The notes under the pieces are model-generated. The model ran no database searches, was not told where the DNA came from, and saw nothing but the letters and a program-made list of their open reading frames with translations. Shown here in pieces: positions 63,303 to 64,000 of a stretch of 64,000 nt of DNA (positions within the stretch are counted from its first letter, which is position 1; each line of letters starts with the position of its first letter). The DNA lies in NCBI GenBank assembly GCA_964607285.1, contig CAZSJW010000001.1, positions 2,514-66,513 of the forward strand. Reading direction: 5' to 3'. The stretch is from an uncultured Pseudomonadales bacterium. Its GTDB lineage: Bacteria > Patescibacteriota > Microgenomatia > UBA1400 > PJMF01. A program made the position numbers and the translations under genes.

Positions 63303-64000
63303 TTATTTCCATCGCTCTGTAGCAAAGTACACAGTGTCTTTGAACTCAGTCGAAACAGGGATACCTGTCCAGTGCGGATACCAGACTGCAAACGTGATTA
63401 AGATCAGAAGTACTAGTGCAACAGAAAGTTTACGCAGCTCAGGGTGTTTAAGCAAAACCCAACTCAAAATAATTGCCATGAGTGGTACAGCAGGGGCGTA
63501 GTGGTAGAAAAACATGATCCGAGGAGAGAGTTGCCAAGGTAGCCAGACGGCAAAGTAACTAGCAATCATCAGACCCATTGGTTGTATTGCTGAGTCCCGT
63601 ATGGCTCGTACTAATCGGGAAGCAGTGATTTGTTTTTTTTGCAACTTCTTTGTTACTTGTTTGAGAAGAGCTAGTGATGAAATTACCACTGCTGCTGCAC
63701 CTGCCCAAAATAGCATCGGATTGCCAAATGCATATATGTCTCCTCGCTTGCCATCTGCATACTGGACATGATACCAAGCTGGCCTCATGTTTGTTACCCA
63801 CTGCCATGGTCTTGACTGATACGGGTGTTCTGCTTTTAAATTTGTTTGGTACCAGTAGATTTGCTTGTGCATGTCAAAAAAATGCTGCAAATCTTTACCC
63901 TGCATGAACATGTGGCTGTAACTAAGTAGATACATTGTGAGAGGAATTATGGCCAAACAGAGAACTCTTGTGAGTATCCACTGCAGCCAGTATCCTGTTT
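63303..64000 (-). CDS. GT39/PMT-like phospholipid-carrier-dependent glycosyltransferase, C-terminal part (5' end off-window)
   Basis: The frame is open to the window edge. The EHPYQSRPWQWVTNMRPAWYH block is typical of PMT-family enzymes. C-terminal TMs. Confidence 0.75.
   Translation of the reverse strand, partial: TGYWLQWILTRVLCLAIIPLTMYLLSYSHMFMQGKDLQHFFDMHKQIYWYQTNLKAEHPYQSRPWQWVTNMRPAWYHVQYADGKRGDIYAFGNPMLFWAGAAAVVISSLALLKQVTKKLQKKQITASRLVRAIRDSAIQPMGLMIASYFAVWLPWQLSPRIMFFYHYAPAVPLMAIILSWVLLKHPELRKLSVALVLLILITFAVWYPHWTGIPVSTEFKDTVYFATERWK

Overview
This 64-kb window has compact, mostly operonic gene organisation and uses the standard genetic code: RF2 is present, and TGA closes conserved genes such as rplO. 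It most likely comes from a Candidate Phyla Radiation (Patescibacteria)-like bacterium. That lineage call is an inference from L30 missing between S5 and L15, a lamin-tail-domain surface protein, a DUF4012-like protein, and many housekeeping proteins with low-complexity extensions.

Layout:
- 1-8685 (+): spc/alpha ribosomal region: rpsE, rplO, secY, adk, map, an inserted ORF, infA, rpmJ, rpsM, rpsK, rpsD, rpoA, rplQ, rplM, rpsI.
- 9136-15036 (-): one ABC ATPase with six ABC-2-type permease paralogs.
- 15041-23432 (-): HU, VanZ-like, and an envelope/glycan cluster (lamin-tail-domain protein, 1128-aa polytopic membrane protein, GT-B glycosyltransferase, clan GH-A-like hydrolase).
- 23500-31300: accessory-looking region. 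It holds two apparently GC-richer secreted-protein genes with related 5' and 3' flanks, HExxH membrane-protein paralogs (one frameshifted), a 714-aa polytopic membrane protein, a small-RNA/inverted-repeat locus, and a 119-nt tract with almost no C on the + strand.
- 34921-39875 (-): M23 peptidase, ftsX, ftsE, a membrane protein, prfB.
- 42659-47188 (+): alpha/beta hydrolase, membrane-anchored Mur-ligase-like protein, DegT-like protein, FemAB-like protein.
- 47189-51879 (-): substrate-binding protein, secG, rny, recA.
- 52097-52170: tRNA-Pro(GGG), followed by a large serine recombinase and unknown cargo genes (putative integrated element).
- 57743-63290 (+): tightly coupled DUF2130-like nuclease, UvrD/RecB-nuclease fusion, and an unknown protein.
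- 63303 onwards (-): partial GT39/PMT-like glycosyltransferase.

No rRNA genes or CRISPR arrays were seen.

Best leads:
- the 1 ATPase : 6 permease ABC array;
- the circularly permuted M23 domain next to ftsEX;
- the membrane-anchored Mur-ligase cluster;
- the tRNA-Pro island;
- the three-gene nuclease-helicase operon;
- the structured leader and small-RNA loci.

All functional calls rest on motif recognition by eye. No database searches were run.
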